Below, piece after piece: positions 21,310 to 29,957 of a DNA stretch of 64,000 bases. Made by a program: the position numbers and the translations under genes. Under the pieces are notes generated by a model, which did not search any database, was not told where the DNA came from, and saw only the letters and a program-made list of their open reading frames with translations. The number at the start of each line of letters is the position of its first letter. Positions within the stretch are counted from its first letter, which is position 1. The DNA is from an uncultured bacterium (GTDB taxonomy: Bacteria > Oederibacteriota > JAAXVQ01 > JAUVAV01): assembly GCA_963710755.1 (NCBI GenBank), contig CAVQBK010000006.1, positions 96,001-160,000 on the forward strand, written 5' to 3'.

Positions 21310-22136
21310 TGATAGCTCCTCCGCTTGCCCGCACTGAGACGACGCTGACGCACGGCCTCAAAAATCATTACTGCCCCGGCGGTGGCCACATTAAGCGATT
21401 CCATTTTCCCAGGCATGGGAATGGAGGCAGCCTGGGTGCATTTGTCCACCACGTGGGCCGGCAACCCTTGACCCTCCCCGCCCAGAACCAGCATGGTCGG
21501 TTTGGTAAAATCAATGGCGGTGTAAGGCCGTCCCTGCCTGGGAACGGCAGCTATGGTTTGCAGCTCCTTTTTGTGGGCTGATTCGATAACTCGGAGAGGA
21601 TCTTTTTGTTCGAAGACCGGACATTTATAGAATGCTCCTGCAGATGCCCGGACCGTCTTGGGCGCTGTTGCTTCGGCACAGTCAGGATCCAGCCAGCAGC
21701 CACGTCCATTGGCAGCGGCCAACGTTCTGAGAAGCGTGCCCACATTGCCCGGATCCTGTACCCCTACGGCCAACATGCCGAAAAAGGCTTGTTCCGGATT
21801 ATGCCGCCACACCACGTTTTCATGCCATTGTGGTTTGGCCACCACCGCCAGGACGCCTGCGGGGGTGTCGGTCTTGGACAGCATTTTCAATTGTACTGCA
21901 TTGGCCAAGGCGGTATGAATCCCGGCCGACCCGCACAAAGCCAGCCAATCGCCGCGCTTTTGCCAAAAACCGGCAGTGGCCACAATCGTCTCAATTTTTT
22001 GCCCGTTGTGCAGCGCTTCTTGAATAAAACGTTCGCCTTCCAGCAGGGTTAAATTGGTGGCCAGCCGCTCTTTTTTTGTTTGTAAGGCTTTGATTTTCCC
22101 GAATTTATTTTTTGATATCGCGGACAGGGTAGACAG
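21306..22136 (-). CDS. TrmH/SpoU family RNA methyltransferase (probable CTG start)
   Basis: VQDPGNVGTLLRT, LVLGGEGQGL, IPMPGKMESLNVATAGAV. The frame stays open upstream of 21983 through KIKALQTKKER...LLEGERFIQEA to a CTG at 22136, 8 nt after AAGGAG. Confidence 0.88.
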   Translation of the reverse strand: MSTLSAISKNKFGKIKALQTKKERLATNLTLLEGERFIQEALHNGQKIETIVATAGFWQKRGDWLALCGSAGIHTALANAVQLKMLSKTDTPAGVLAVVAKPQWHENVVWRHNPEQAFFGMLAVGVQDPGNVGTLLRTLAAANGRGCWLDPDCAEATAPKTVRASAGAFYKCPVFEQKDPLRVIESAHKKELQTIAAVPRQGRPYTAIDFTKPTMLVLGGEGQGLPAHVVDKCTQAASIPMPGKMESLNVATAGAVMIFEAVRQRRLSAGKRRSYQ

Positions 22137-22148
22137 GATAAACGCTCC

Positions 22149-22508
22149 TTATGCTGCCAAAGCCTGTTTGGCAATATTGGCAATTTCCGTGAAGGCTTGG
22201 CTGTTGTTGACTGCCAATTCCGCCAGCATTTTCCGGTCAATATCCACCAAAGCGGTTTTAAGTCCTTTGATAAATTGGGAGTAACTCATCCCGTTATCTC
22301 GGGCAGCAGCATTGATGCGCACGATCCAGATCCCGCGAAATTCCCTTTTTCTTTGTTTCCGGTCGCGGGTGGCATATTTCAGGCTGTGCCGAACCTGTTC
22401 CTGGGCCAACTGAAATTGGTTTTTCTTGGCGCCCCAATAGCCTTTAGCGGCTTTAAAGACTTTCTTTTTACGTGCCCTTGTGGTCACGCCACCTTTTACT
22501 CTAGGCAT
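22149..22508 (-). CDS. rplT: 50S ribosomal protein L20
   Basis: MPRVKGGV...AKGYWG...[19 protein letters not shown]...[10 protein letters not shown]. Confidence 0.99.
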   Translation of the reverse strand: MPRVKGGVTTRARKKKVFKAAKGYWGAKKNQFQLAQEQVRHSLKYATRDRKQRKREFRGIWIVRINAAARDNGMSYSQFIKGLKTALVDIDRKMLAELAVNNSQAFTEIANIAKQALAA

Positions 22509-22556
22509 GGTAATCTTCCTCCTGTATTAATTCAACCTGCATATGGAAATCACGGT

Positions 22557-22754
22557 TTACAAATAAGGCAAAACCGTTTTAACATTGCGCGCTACATTAC
22601 CTTCCAGCTCTACGGTACCGCGCATTTGCCGCTTTCTTTTAGGATTTTTATCCCCCAGCAGATGCCGTCTTCCGGTGGCCATGGCCAACACTTTTCCGTT
22701 TTTCGTCACCCGGAACCGCTTGGCCGCTTTTTTCTTGGTTTTCAATTTAGGCAT
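22557..22754 (-). CDS. rpmI: 50S ribosomal protein L35
   Basis: MPKLKTKKKAAKRFRVTKNGK...HLL...LPYL; GAGGAG RBS. Confidence 0.97.
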   Translation of the reverse strand: MPKLKTKKKAAKRFRVTKNGKVLAMATGRRHLLGDKNPKRKRQMRGTVELEGNVARNVKTVLPYL

Positions 22755-22819
22755 GGTTAACTCCTCTCTCAACTAAACCGCTGCTGTCCATTTGTTTGAT
22801 TTAGGAATGTGATGGCTGC

Positions 22820-23344
22820 TTAAGCGGTGGCTTTTTCCAATTTCTTGGGGGCGATCATCATCACCATATTTCGGCCTTCCACTTTGGGCATGGATTCCAC
22901 CAGAATGTCATCGGTCAATTCCTGGATCAGACGGTCCAGCAAAGCCCGGCCTAATTCCAGATGGTCCATTTCCCTTCCTCGGTACATGATGGTAACCTTG
23001 ACCTTGTTGCCCCCGTGGATAAACCGCTCGATATGGCCCTTTTTGGTATTAAAGTCATGATCGTCTATTTTAGGCCTGAATTTTATTTCTTTAACGTGGA
23101 TCACGTGTTGTCGCTTGCGCGCTTCCTTTTCACGCTTTCCTTGGTCAAATTTATATTTGCCATAGTCAAATATCTTGCATACCGGTGGCCGGGCATCAGG
23201 GGAAACTTCGACCAGGTCCTGATTCTGACTCTCTGCCATAGCCAACGCTTCTGCCAATGGCATGACGCCCAACTGTTCGCCATCTGCACTGATCACTCTG
23301 ACTTCGCGGGCTTTAATTTGCTCATTGATCCGTTGTTCTTGAAT
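22820..23344 (-). CDS. infC: Translation initiation factor IF-3 (ATT start)
   Basis: RINEQIKAREVRVI...DLVEVSP...PPVCKIFDYGKY...KEIKFRPKIDDHDF. GGAGGT is followed by GAT ATT ATT, the canonical non-AUG infC start. Confidence 0.97.
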   Translation of the reverse strand: MQEQRINEQIKAREVRVISADGEQLGVMPLAEALAMAESQNQDLVEVSPDARPPVCKIFDYGKYKFDQGKREKEARKRQHVIHVKEIKFRPKIDDHDFNTKKGHIERFIHGGNKVKVTIMYRGREMDHLELGRALLDRLIQELTDDILVESMPKVEGRNMVMMIAPKKLEKATA

Positions 23345-23356
23345 AATATCACCTCC

Positions 23357-23490
23357 AAAAATAAAAAAAGCGGATGACATAGATCACCCGCTTAAAATCA
23401 CACCCTGTGACAGCCCCACCAGTGGAGCTTAAAACCTAAGCGAACAGCTCAATGGCGTTGCTTGGTGAGAAGCGGATGCTTCTACTTTAA
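23357..23490 (-). ncRNA. Ribosomal protein L20 leader with terminator
   Basis: AGAAGCATCCGCTTCTCACC 5' motif as in Firmicutes L20 leaders, plus a terminator AAGCGGGTGA...TCATCCGCTTTTTTT directly before the infC RBS. Confidence 0.8.
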
Positions 23491-23510
23491 CGCTATTTAA
23501 TTGTGGTAAG

Positions 23511-23539
23511 ACTATACGGCTGCGCAATAATAAAGTCAA
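23511..23539 (-). promoter_or_regulatory. sigma70 promoter of infC-rpmI-rplT
   Basis: TTGACT-17 nt-TATAGT. Confidence 0.7.
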
Positions 23540-23779
23540 GATAAAAATATAAAACCAACTAGAAGGGCCAATGGTGACCTATTCAGTCCCTGCATCAAAA
23601 TTAGAAACACCAACTCCACGGCTGTCCCCTCAATCTCGGGCCGGCTCGAAAACAGTTAGCGGTATTTTTTTCCTCAAATCCAACCGCATTTCACCTCTTC
23701 TAGGAGTCTGTCGGACTTAAAATCATTAAAAACCTTATGTATGTTGCGTCTCCATTAATAACTGCATCTATATGCTTTT

Positions 23780-23816
23780 TCCCCCTTTTGCAAAGGGGGA
23801 TCAAGGGGGATTTGAT
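23780..23816. repeat. Inner inverted repeat / hairpin (left)
   Basis: cccccttttgcaaagggggatcaagggggatttgat is the reverse complement of 25550-25586. Confidence 0.9.
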
Positions 23817-25180
23817 TATACCTGAGATGATTTCAGCCCGTGCAGCCGCTTCATGTTCCAAGCCAGACAGACCAAAGTCCATTCGCTGCTGACAGCTTGC
23901 AAACCTCGCAGCATGAACTGGCGAAAGCCCATGGCAGATTTAATAATTCCAAATACCGGCTCAACCGTGCTTTTACGTCGGGCATACAGTTTTCGGCCAG
24001 CTGGCATTTGCAACCGCCGCTTCATTCTTTCCACCGCATCAGCACGTTCAGGCAACGGCGGTGGTCCTGAAAAACGTTTTTTTAGCGATGGGTAGTGTTG
24101 CTCCCGCCTGTTGGCAATATATGGTTTGATCCCCTTGGATTCGCAAAGTTTAACATTGCTTTGGCTAAAGTATCCGCTGTCTGCCACCAATGCTTTTGCC
24201 TTTCCCAGCTCTTCTGGAAGAGCGGTTAATTGCACAAGTGCAGGCTCAAGTTGTTCTTTATCATTGGTCGCTTGAGTAACATGCTCAGTGACTATCAACA
24301 TCGTTTCCATGTCCACCCCGGCTTGCGCATTATAAGCTTGTTCGAACCCGCCACCGGAAACAGGCATGATGCGCGACTCGCCGTCGGTCAGGTTAACCTG
24401 ATCTTTTGCTTGTGGGCCTTTATCGCTTGGCGGTTGTGGTTCTGGACCGCGGGATTTTTGACCTCTTTTATTTTCACGCTCACGACGCTCGGTCAGCTTC
24501 TGTTCATACTCTTTTTGGGCTTGTTGGTCACGTTCAACGGCTCGTTGCTTGATGGCTGCTTTGGTTTTGGCAATAGCAGCCAAGCGATCTTCGCGACGAG
24601 CCAGCTCATCGGGCAGGTTCATCCCGTCAGGCTGGTCGGCCTCATCGGCTGCTTCGGCCAGTTGCAATAGGCGATTCACTTCCGCCCGGAGTTGCTTCTC
24701 TATCTTGTTGGCATGTCCCCAGGAAAGGGCACGATGTTTTGATGCATTCGCATGAACCTTGCTCCCGTCCAAACTGATTTTACCGAGCTTCAATAGTTTC
24801 ATGTCCTGAGCCAGGACCAGGACTTGTACGAATAATGATTCCAATTCGGGGAGAAATCGTTTGCGGAATTGGGCTATTGTATCATGATCGGGATGGGTGT
24901 TTGCCGCCAGATAACGAAAAGCTATCGAATCATAAGTGCTGCGTTCCAGCTGACGGCTCGAGAATAGGCCCGTGGCATATCCATACACCAGCACAGCCAG
25001 CAACATTTCAGGATGATAGGCCGACGATTCCCGCCCCGCATATGATTCTTTTAACTTCGTCAAGTCAAGTTGGGCGACAATTTCCGTTACAAACCGCGCC
25101 AAATGATTGACTGGGAGCCAATCATTCAACGATGGCGGCAGTAAAAAATCCGTATCACGATCGCAGGGAACAAAACTCAT
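23816..25180 (-). CDS. IS1182-family DDE transposase
   Basis: DUF772-type N-terminus (LLPPSL..WLP..HLARF; YHPEMLL..LVYGY..G..SSR; PDHDTIA.FR), ISLDGSKVHANASK, NLTDGESRIM, YNAQ, ADSGY, YARRKSTVEPVFG. Confidence 0.93.
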   Translation of the reverse strand: MSFVPCDRDTDFLLPPSLNDWLPVNHLARFVTEIVAQLDLTKLKESYAGRESSAYHPEMLLAVLVYGYATGLFSSRQLERSTYDSIAFRYLAANTHPDHDTIAQFRKRFLPELESLFVQVLVLAQDMKLLKLGKISLDGSKVHANASKHRALSWGHANKIEKQLRAEVNRLLQLAEAADEADQPDGMNLPDELARREDRLAAIAKTKAAIKQRAVERDQQAQKEYEQKLTERRERENKRGQKSRGPEPQPPSDKGPQAKDQVNLTDGESRIMPVSGGGFEQAYNAQAGVDMETMLIVTEHVTQATNDKEQLEPALVQLTALPEELGKAKALVADSGYFSQSNVKLCESKGIKPYIANRREQHYPSLKKRFSGPPPLPERADAVERMKRRLQMPAGRKLYARRKSTVEPVFGIIKSAMGFRQFMLRGLQAVSSEWTLVCLAWNMKRLHGLKSSQV

Positions 25181-25547
25181 AATGCCTCCCTGCTTTGCAG
25201 GCAAGCTTGAGCCAGGATTTGCTTCAAGACGCCTTCCGTGTTTATGAACACGTCGCGATCGGAAAAACGCAATATCTGCAAGCCTTGCGTTTTCAAATAA
25301 CGGTCACGTTCCGCATCGCGGAGGATTCCATCGTCGGTATAATGCTGACCGCCATCCAGTTCAATTACCAGGCTTGCTTTGGGACAGAAAAAATCCACGA
25401 TGTAGTTGCCGATGATTTTTTGCCGAATTGCAAACCGCCAATTTGTTTTCCGCGAAGCCGTTTCCATAGATGTTTTTCAGCTTCGGTCATGTTATTCCTG
25501 AGAACCTGCGAGTTTCGTTTGAGGCCGCGATGGTAGGTTAAAATCAT
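25177..25547 (-). pseudogene. DUF559 (Vsr-like) endonuclease, frameshifted near 25426
   Basis: LRNNMTEAEKHLWKRLRGKQIGGLQF is in one frame and RQKIIGNYIVDFFC...LVIELDGGQH...RDAERDRYL...LRF in another. The stop overlaps the transposase ATG (ATGA). Confidence 0.85.
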
Positions 25548-25549
25548 TT

Positions 25550-25587
25550 ATCAAATCCCCCTTGATCCCCCTTTGCAAAAGGGGGGG
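25550..25587. repeat. Inner inverted repeat / hairpin (right)
   Basis: atcaaatcccccttgatccccctttgcaaaagggggg, immediately upstream of the DUF559 start. Confidence 0.9.
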
Positions 25588-25634
25588 ACTTCGTTATTAT
25601 ACCATATCATCAAACGAAAAAGTCCGACAGGCTC

Positions 25635-26030
25635 CTAGGCCTGCAATTGATCCAAAATACCGTTTACAAAGGCGCCGGCCTCTTCATTGCTATATTTCTT
25701 AGCAATTTCAATGGCCTCGTTGATCACCACATTTTTTGGTACATCAGGACAACGCAATAATTCATAGGCCGCGATTCTTAAAATATTACGCTCAATGGCC
25801 GCAATACGCTCCATTTTCCAATGATGCGCCTTCTTGGAAATGAGCTGATCAAACATACTCTGCTCCTTAAGCACACCCATGGTAATCGATTTGGCGTAAT
25901 CTTTGACTTCATCAGCGGCGTTCTGGTTTTCAAGGAAATAGGCTACCACCGGTTTGGGGTCCAGTTTACCCACGTCCATTTGGAATAACATTTTCAGAGC
26001 AAATTCCCTCGACTGCCTGCGTGGACTCAT
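25635..26030 (-). CDS. nusB: Transcription antitermination factor NusB
   Basis: RRQSREFALKMLFQ...ERNILRIAAYEL...VVINEAIEIAKKY...FVNGILD. Confidence 0.97.
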   Translation of the reverse strand: MSPRRQSREFALKMLFQMDVGKLDPKPVVAYFLENQNAADEVKDYAKSITMGVLKEQSMFDQLISKKAHHWKMERIAAIERNILRIAAYELLRCPDVPKNVVINEAIEIAKKYSNEEAGAFVNGILDQLQA

Positions 26031-26032
26031 TC

Positions 26033-26503
26033 TTAGCCTCTGCTTAGGGCATCGTTGAGGTTAACCATTTCAATGGCGGCCAAGGCGGCATTGAATCCTT
26101 TGTTGCCAGCTTTGGTGCCGGCGCGCTCAATAGCCTGCTCCAAGGTATCGGTGGTAATAATGCCATTGATAATAGGGACGCCTGTTTCCAGAGAAGCCTG
26201 CGCCACTCCTTTGGCGGATTCGGCGGCCACAATATCAAAATGTGGCGTTCCGCCGCGGATGACTGCACCCAAACACACAATGGCATCCGGTTTTTTAGAC
26301 TGGGCAATTCGTTTGGCAATAAAGGGAATCTCAAAAGCCCCGGGAACCCAGGCGACTTCCACATCCTCTTCCTTGGCTCCATGACGCAGCAAGGCATCTT
26401 TGGCTCCTTCCAGCAGCTGATGGGAAATAAAGTCATTGAACCGGCTGACCACTAAAACAAACTTCTTGTTGTTGGCAAGCAATTGGCCCTCATAAGTTTT
26501 CAT
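26033..26503 (-). CDS. ribH: 6,7-dimethyl-8-ribityllumazine synthase
   Basis: VVSRFN...VPGAFEIP...[13 protein letters not shown]...[15 protein letters not shown]. Confidence 0.98.
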   Translation of the reverse strand: MKTYEGQLLANNKKFVLVVSRFNDFISHQLLEGAKDALLRHGAKEEDVEVAWVPGAFEIPFIAKRIAQSKKPDAIVCLGAVIRGGTPHFDIVAAESAKGVAQASLETGVPIINGIITTDTLEQAIERAGTKAGNKGFNAALAAIEMVNLNDALSRG

Positions 26504-26630
26504 ACGTGCCTCCTTTGATATAATCATTAAATTCCTGGTTGAATAACTTTCGTTTTTCTGATGGTGTATTTTCCCCCGCCCGGAGCGTACCTTCTGCCCG
26601 CGCCGTCATTTGATGTCCGGCTCAACCGGT

Positions 26631-27830
26631 TTAGAGATTCAACAGGTGACCGAGCTTCTGTTTCTTGGTGCGAATATAATGCTCGTTGCATTCATTGGTC
26701 TGCATCTGAATGGAAACACGTTCAGCTATAGTCAATCCATAACCTTCAAGTCCCACAATTTTTCTGGGATTATTAGTCAATAAGCGTATTTTTTTCAACC
26801 CCAGATCCGCTAAAATTTGGGCGCCTGTACCATAGTCCCGCAGGTCCGCCTTGAATCCCAGGCTTTCGTTGGCCTCCACTGTGTCCATGCCTTGATCCTG
26901 CAGGTGATAAGCCTTGATCTTATTGGCTAGACCAATCCCGCGTCCTTCCTGGCGCATGTACAACAGCACCCCATAGCCATAGGCTTCAATCTGGCTAAGA
27001 GCGCTGTGCAATTGATCGCCGCAATCACAGCGCAAGGACCCCAACACATCTCCGGTCAGGCATTCGGAATGGACGCGGACTAAAGGCAGCTTTTTTTTAT
27101 TCTCGCCGATGGTACCTTTAACCAGGGCCAGATGTGGTCCTGGTTCTCCCATGGCCTCATAAGCAATCAAGCGAAAGGTACCATAAACAGAGGAAAAGTT
27201 TGCTTCCGCCACCCTCTCGATCAAACGTTCATGGCGGCGGCGATATTTTATCAAATCCGCAATAGAGATTATTTTTAAGTCGTGGTTTTTGGCAAAAACC
27301 CGCAATTGCGGCAGCCTGGCCATAGTGCCGTCATCATTCATGATCTCGCAGATCACCCCTGCCGGCGGCAGATTGGCCAGTTTGGCCAGATCCACGGCCG
27401 CTTCTGTATGGCCGGCTCGATGCAACACTCCGCCTTCATTGGCCCGTAGAGGGAAAACATGTCCGGGCCGCAATAAATCCAAAGGTTGGGCATCAGGGTT
27501 TATCAAGGTTTTAACGGTTTGAGCCCGGTCCTGAGCTGAGATGCCGGTGGTCACCCCTTCCCGGGCATCCACGGAAACCGTAAAGGCCGTGCGCAGACGA
27601 TCCGTATTTTCCTGTACCATGTGACCCAATTTCAAATGGTCCAACTGAGCACCGGTCATGGGAACACAAATCAAGCCCCGGCCATGTTTGGCCATAAAAT
27701 TGATGGACTTGGCCGTGGCCCGTGAAGCCGCCATCAATAAATCGCCTTCATTTTCACGGTCCGCATCGTCCACCACGACGATCATTTTACCTTTTTTAAT
27801 GTCTTTGATGGCGTCTTCTATTTTATCCAT
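26631..27830 (-). CDS. ribBA: Bifunctional DHBP synthase / GTP cyclohydrolase II
   Basis: [52 protein letters not shown]. Confidence 0.98.
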   Translation of the reverse strand: MDKIEDAIKDIKKGKMIVVVDDADRENEGDLLMAASRATAKSINFMAKHGRGLICVPMTGAQLDHLKLGHMVQENTDRLRTAFTVSVDAREGVTTGISAQDRAQTVKTLINPDAQPLDLLRPGHVFPLRANEGGVLHRAGHTEAAVDLAKLANLPPAGVICEIMNDDGTMARLPQLRVFAKNHDLKIISIADLIKYRRRHERLIERVAEANFSSVYGTFRLIAYEAMGEPGPHLALVKGTIGENKKKLPLVRVHSECLTGDVLGSLRCDCGDQLHSALSQIEAYGYGVLLYMRQEGRGIGLANKIKAYHLQDQGMDTVEANESLGFKADLRDYGTGAQILADLGLKKIRLLTNNPRKIVGLEGYGLTIAERVSIQMQTNECNEHYIRTKKQKLGHLLNL

Positions 27831-27991
27831 GACTATTCAGTCTCGCTTTCTTCGCTCATTCAGGTTCACGGGCATTTTTAGCAGCTTGACAAGGTGATGA
27901 CAGGCCTTTGTATTATTGAAAAAGCGCTTTGGTAGGATACAGGCATGCCCGGCCCCGCGAGGGTCAACACCCTTTCCGCCGCGGCAGCTCA

Positions 27992-28633
27992 TTAATAACC
28001 ATATCTATTCAACAAAGCCTTACTCAGTCCTTGTCCCGCACTGCCCCCCTGTAATTGCTCCAAATATCTGGCCAAAATATCCACTTCCAAATGAACGGAC
28101 TGACCAGGTTGCCATGCCTGGGCAATGGTATGCTGATAAGTATGTGGAATCATGGCTACTGCAAACTGTCCCAAACCGGTTTTTTGGGCCACGGTTAGAC
28201 TAATACCATCGAGCGCTACTGATCCTTTTTCTGCGATGTATTTATCAAACTCAGCCGGTACGCTGAGCACAATCCGGTAAGCATCACCTTTGGCTTCCAA
28301 TAATTCAATTCGGGCCAATCCATCTACATGGCCGGTCACCAAATGGCCATCTAAAAGGGTATTCAAGGTCAGCGGCCTCTCCAAATTGACTTTTTTCCCT
28401 GGCTGCCATTGCTCAATGGTTGACCGTGCCAGGGTCTCAAAGACGGCTTGTACAGAAAAAACCTTATTACCCACAGCCGTAATGGTCAGGCATAGACCGT
28501 TTACCGCCATAGACTCTCCCAGCTTGACCTCTTCCTCGGTTAACAGGTCGCTTTCAATAGAAATGGTGCTTACATTGCCCTGACGTTCTATTTTTTTGAC
28601 TGTGCCCAATGCCTTGATCAAACCGGTAAACAT
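27992..28633 (-). CDS. ribE: Riboflavin synthase alpha chain
   Basis: MFTGLI N-terminus, NGLCLT, VNLER, GHLVTGHVDG, KGSVALDGISLTV. Confidence 0.97.
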   Translation of the reverse strand: MFTGLIKALGTVKKIERQGNVSTISIESDLLTEEEVKLGESMAVNGLCLTITAVGNKVFSVQAVFETLARSTIEQWQPGKKVNLERPLTLNTLLDGHLVTGHVDGLARIELLEAKGDAYRIVLSVPAEFDKYIAEKGSVALDGISLTVAQKTGLGQFAVAMIPHTYQHTIAQAWQPGQSVHLEVDILARYLEQLQGGSAGQGLSKALLNRYGY

Positions 28634-28637
28634 GGCA

Positions 28638-29759
28638 TCACCTCATCATCCGCCCTTGAATAAGCCAATCTTTTCCTACCGGAGTAATCGAACAAATGTC
28701 AACGCCCCTGGCGGCTTGGGGAGAGGCTGCACCCAAACCGGCCACCACGCTCAAGGCCTTGACACCACCCATGATTTTTGGTGCCATGAACCACATGATT
28801 TCATCAACCAAGTTTTGTGTCCCCTTGTCCTGCAAACCAAGAAATCCGGCTTGCAGTTGGGCGCCCCCTTCCACCATCACACAATAATTCCCCTCTTCAT
28901 ACAGCTTGCGCAGGGCTGCCACAAGATCCACCTGGTGGTGACCAGCCCGGCAGGTCCACAACGCCACGCCCTCATAGCCGGCCAAGGGATGATACTTGAC
29001 TGGCCGCGGGGTAATCACGGCTAAGGGAAAATCTTTGGCCGTTTTAACCAAACGGCTGTTACAAGGCAGGGGGCGTTGTCCTTCAATCACAACGCGCAAC
29101 GGCTGACGGCCGCTTTTGGGGTTGAGATGACGTACCGTCAATAAGGGATCGTCCACCAGGGCTGTACCGCCACCAATGATAACGGCCTGACAAAGACCTC
29201 GATGATAATGGGTTAACCGCCTGGCCGCCTGGCCGGTGATCCATTGGGAACAGCCATCCGCCGCCGCAATTTTCCCGTCCAAGGTCATTGCCGCCTTGCT
29301 GATCACATAGGGCAGACCGGTGGTGATGTTTTTAATGAATACCCGGTTCAACCGTCGGGCTTCCCGGGCCATCAATCCCGTTTTTACCACCAGTCCTGCC
29401 TGTCGACATTTTTTAAAACCCCTGCCCGCAACTTTGGGATTGGGATCTTTCATTGCCGCGATCACCGTTTTAATGCCTGCAGCAATAATGGCCTCGGCAC
29501 AAGGCGGCGTCTTGCCATGATGACTACAAGGCTCCAAGGTCACATACAGGGTAGCGCCTTTAGCCCTTGTCCCCGCTGTTCGTAAAGCATGGATTTCCGC
29601 ATGGGGCCCGCCCCAGCGTTTGTGCCATCCTTGCCCAATGATTTTACCTGCTTTGACAATAACCGCGCCTACCATAGGATTGGGCCAAGTCTGCCCTTCG
29701 GCCTTGGCAGCCAACCGCAGCGCCAGAGTCATGATATCCTGGTCTTGTTGTGTCCACAT
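28638..29759 (-). CDS. ribD: Riboflavin biosynthesis deaminase/reductase
   Basis: PNPMVGAVIV, HAE, TLEPCSHHGKTPPC, TLDGKIA, DDPLLTVR, VEGGA. Confidence 0.97.
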   Translation of the reverse strand: MWTQQDQDIMTLALRLAAKAEGQTWPNPMVGAVIVKAGKIIGQGWHKRWGGPHAEIHALRTAGTRAKGATLYVTLEPCSHHGKTPPCAEAIIAAGIKTVIAAMKDPNPKVAGRGFKKCRQAGLVVKTGLMAREARRLNRVFIKNITTGLPYVISKAAMTLDGKIAAADGCSQWITGQAARRLTHYHRGLCQAVIIGGGTALVDDPLLTVRHLNPKSGRQPLRVVIEGQRPLPCNSRLVKTAKDFPLAVITPRPVKYHPLAGYEGVALWTCRAGHHQVDLVAALRKLYEEGNYCVMVEGGAQLQAGFLGLQDKGTQNLVDEIMWFMAPKIMGGVKALSVVAGLGAASPQAARGVDICSITPVGKDWLIQGRMMR

Positions 29760-29794
29760 AAAAAAACACCCCAAAGGAGACCTTCGGGGTGTTT
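29760..29794 (-). terminator. Riboswitch expression-platform terminator
   Basis: AAAACACCCCGAAGG-tct-CCTTTGGGGTGTTTTTT on the minus strand, abutting the ribD ATG. Confidence 0.75.
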
Positions 29795-29817
29795 TAAATT
29801 AACATAACTTGTCAATT

Positions 29818-29942
29818 AACCTTCTCTCATCCCGACTTTAACGGTCGGTTTCGGAATTTCACCGAATCAGTCTTCTTAACCTGCAAGAAGAGTCGCGGAC
29901 TTTGACCGCCGGTGGGGATTTGCACCCCGCCCCGAAGGTGAT
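29818..29942 (-). ncRNA. FMN riboswitch (RFN element)
   Basis: CTTCGGGCGGGGTGCAAATCCCCACCGGCGGT..AAGTCCGCGA...GATTCGGTGAAATTCCGAAACCGACCGTTAAAGTCGGGATGAGAGAAG, upstream of the rib operon. Confidence 0.95.
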
Positions 29943-29957
29943 ATTAATAATGATAAT

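Larger units (their letters stand above)
23704..25634 (-). mobile_element. IS1182-family insertion sequence with DUF559 passenger; CTAG target duplication
   Basis: TIRs gagtctgtcggactt (23704-23718) and aagtccgacaggctc (25620-25634), one mismatch. Flanked by CTAG at 23700-23703 and 25635-25638; the latter contains the nusB stop codon. Confidence 0.88.

Noticed and set aside
27886-27916. Plus-strand TTGACA...TATTAT between ribE and ribBA as an antisense promoter
   Set aside because: The spacer of 19 nt is suboptimal and there is no other support.
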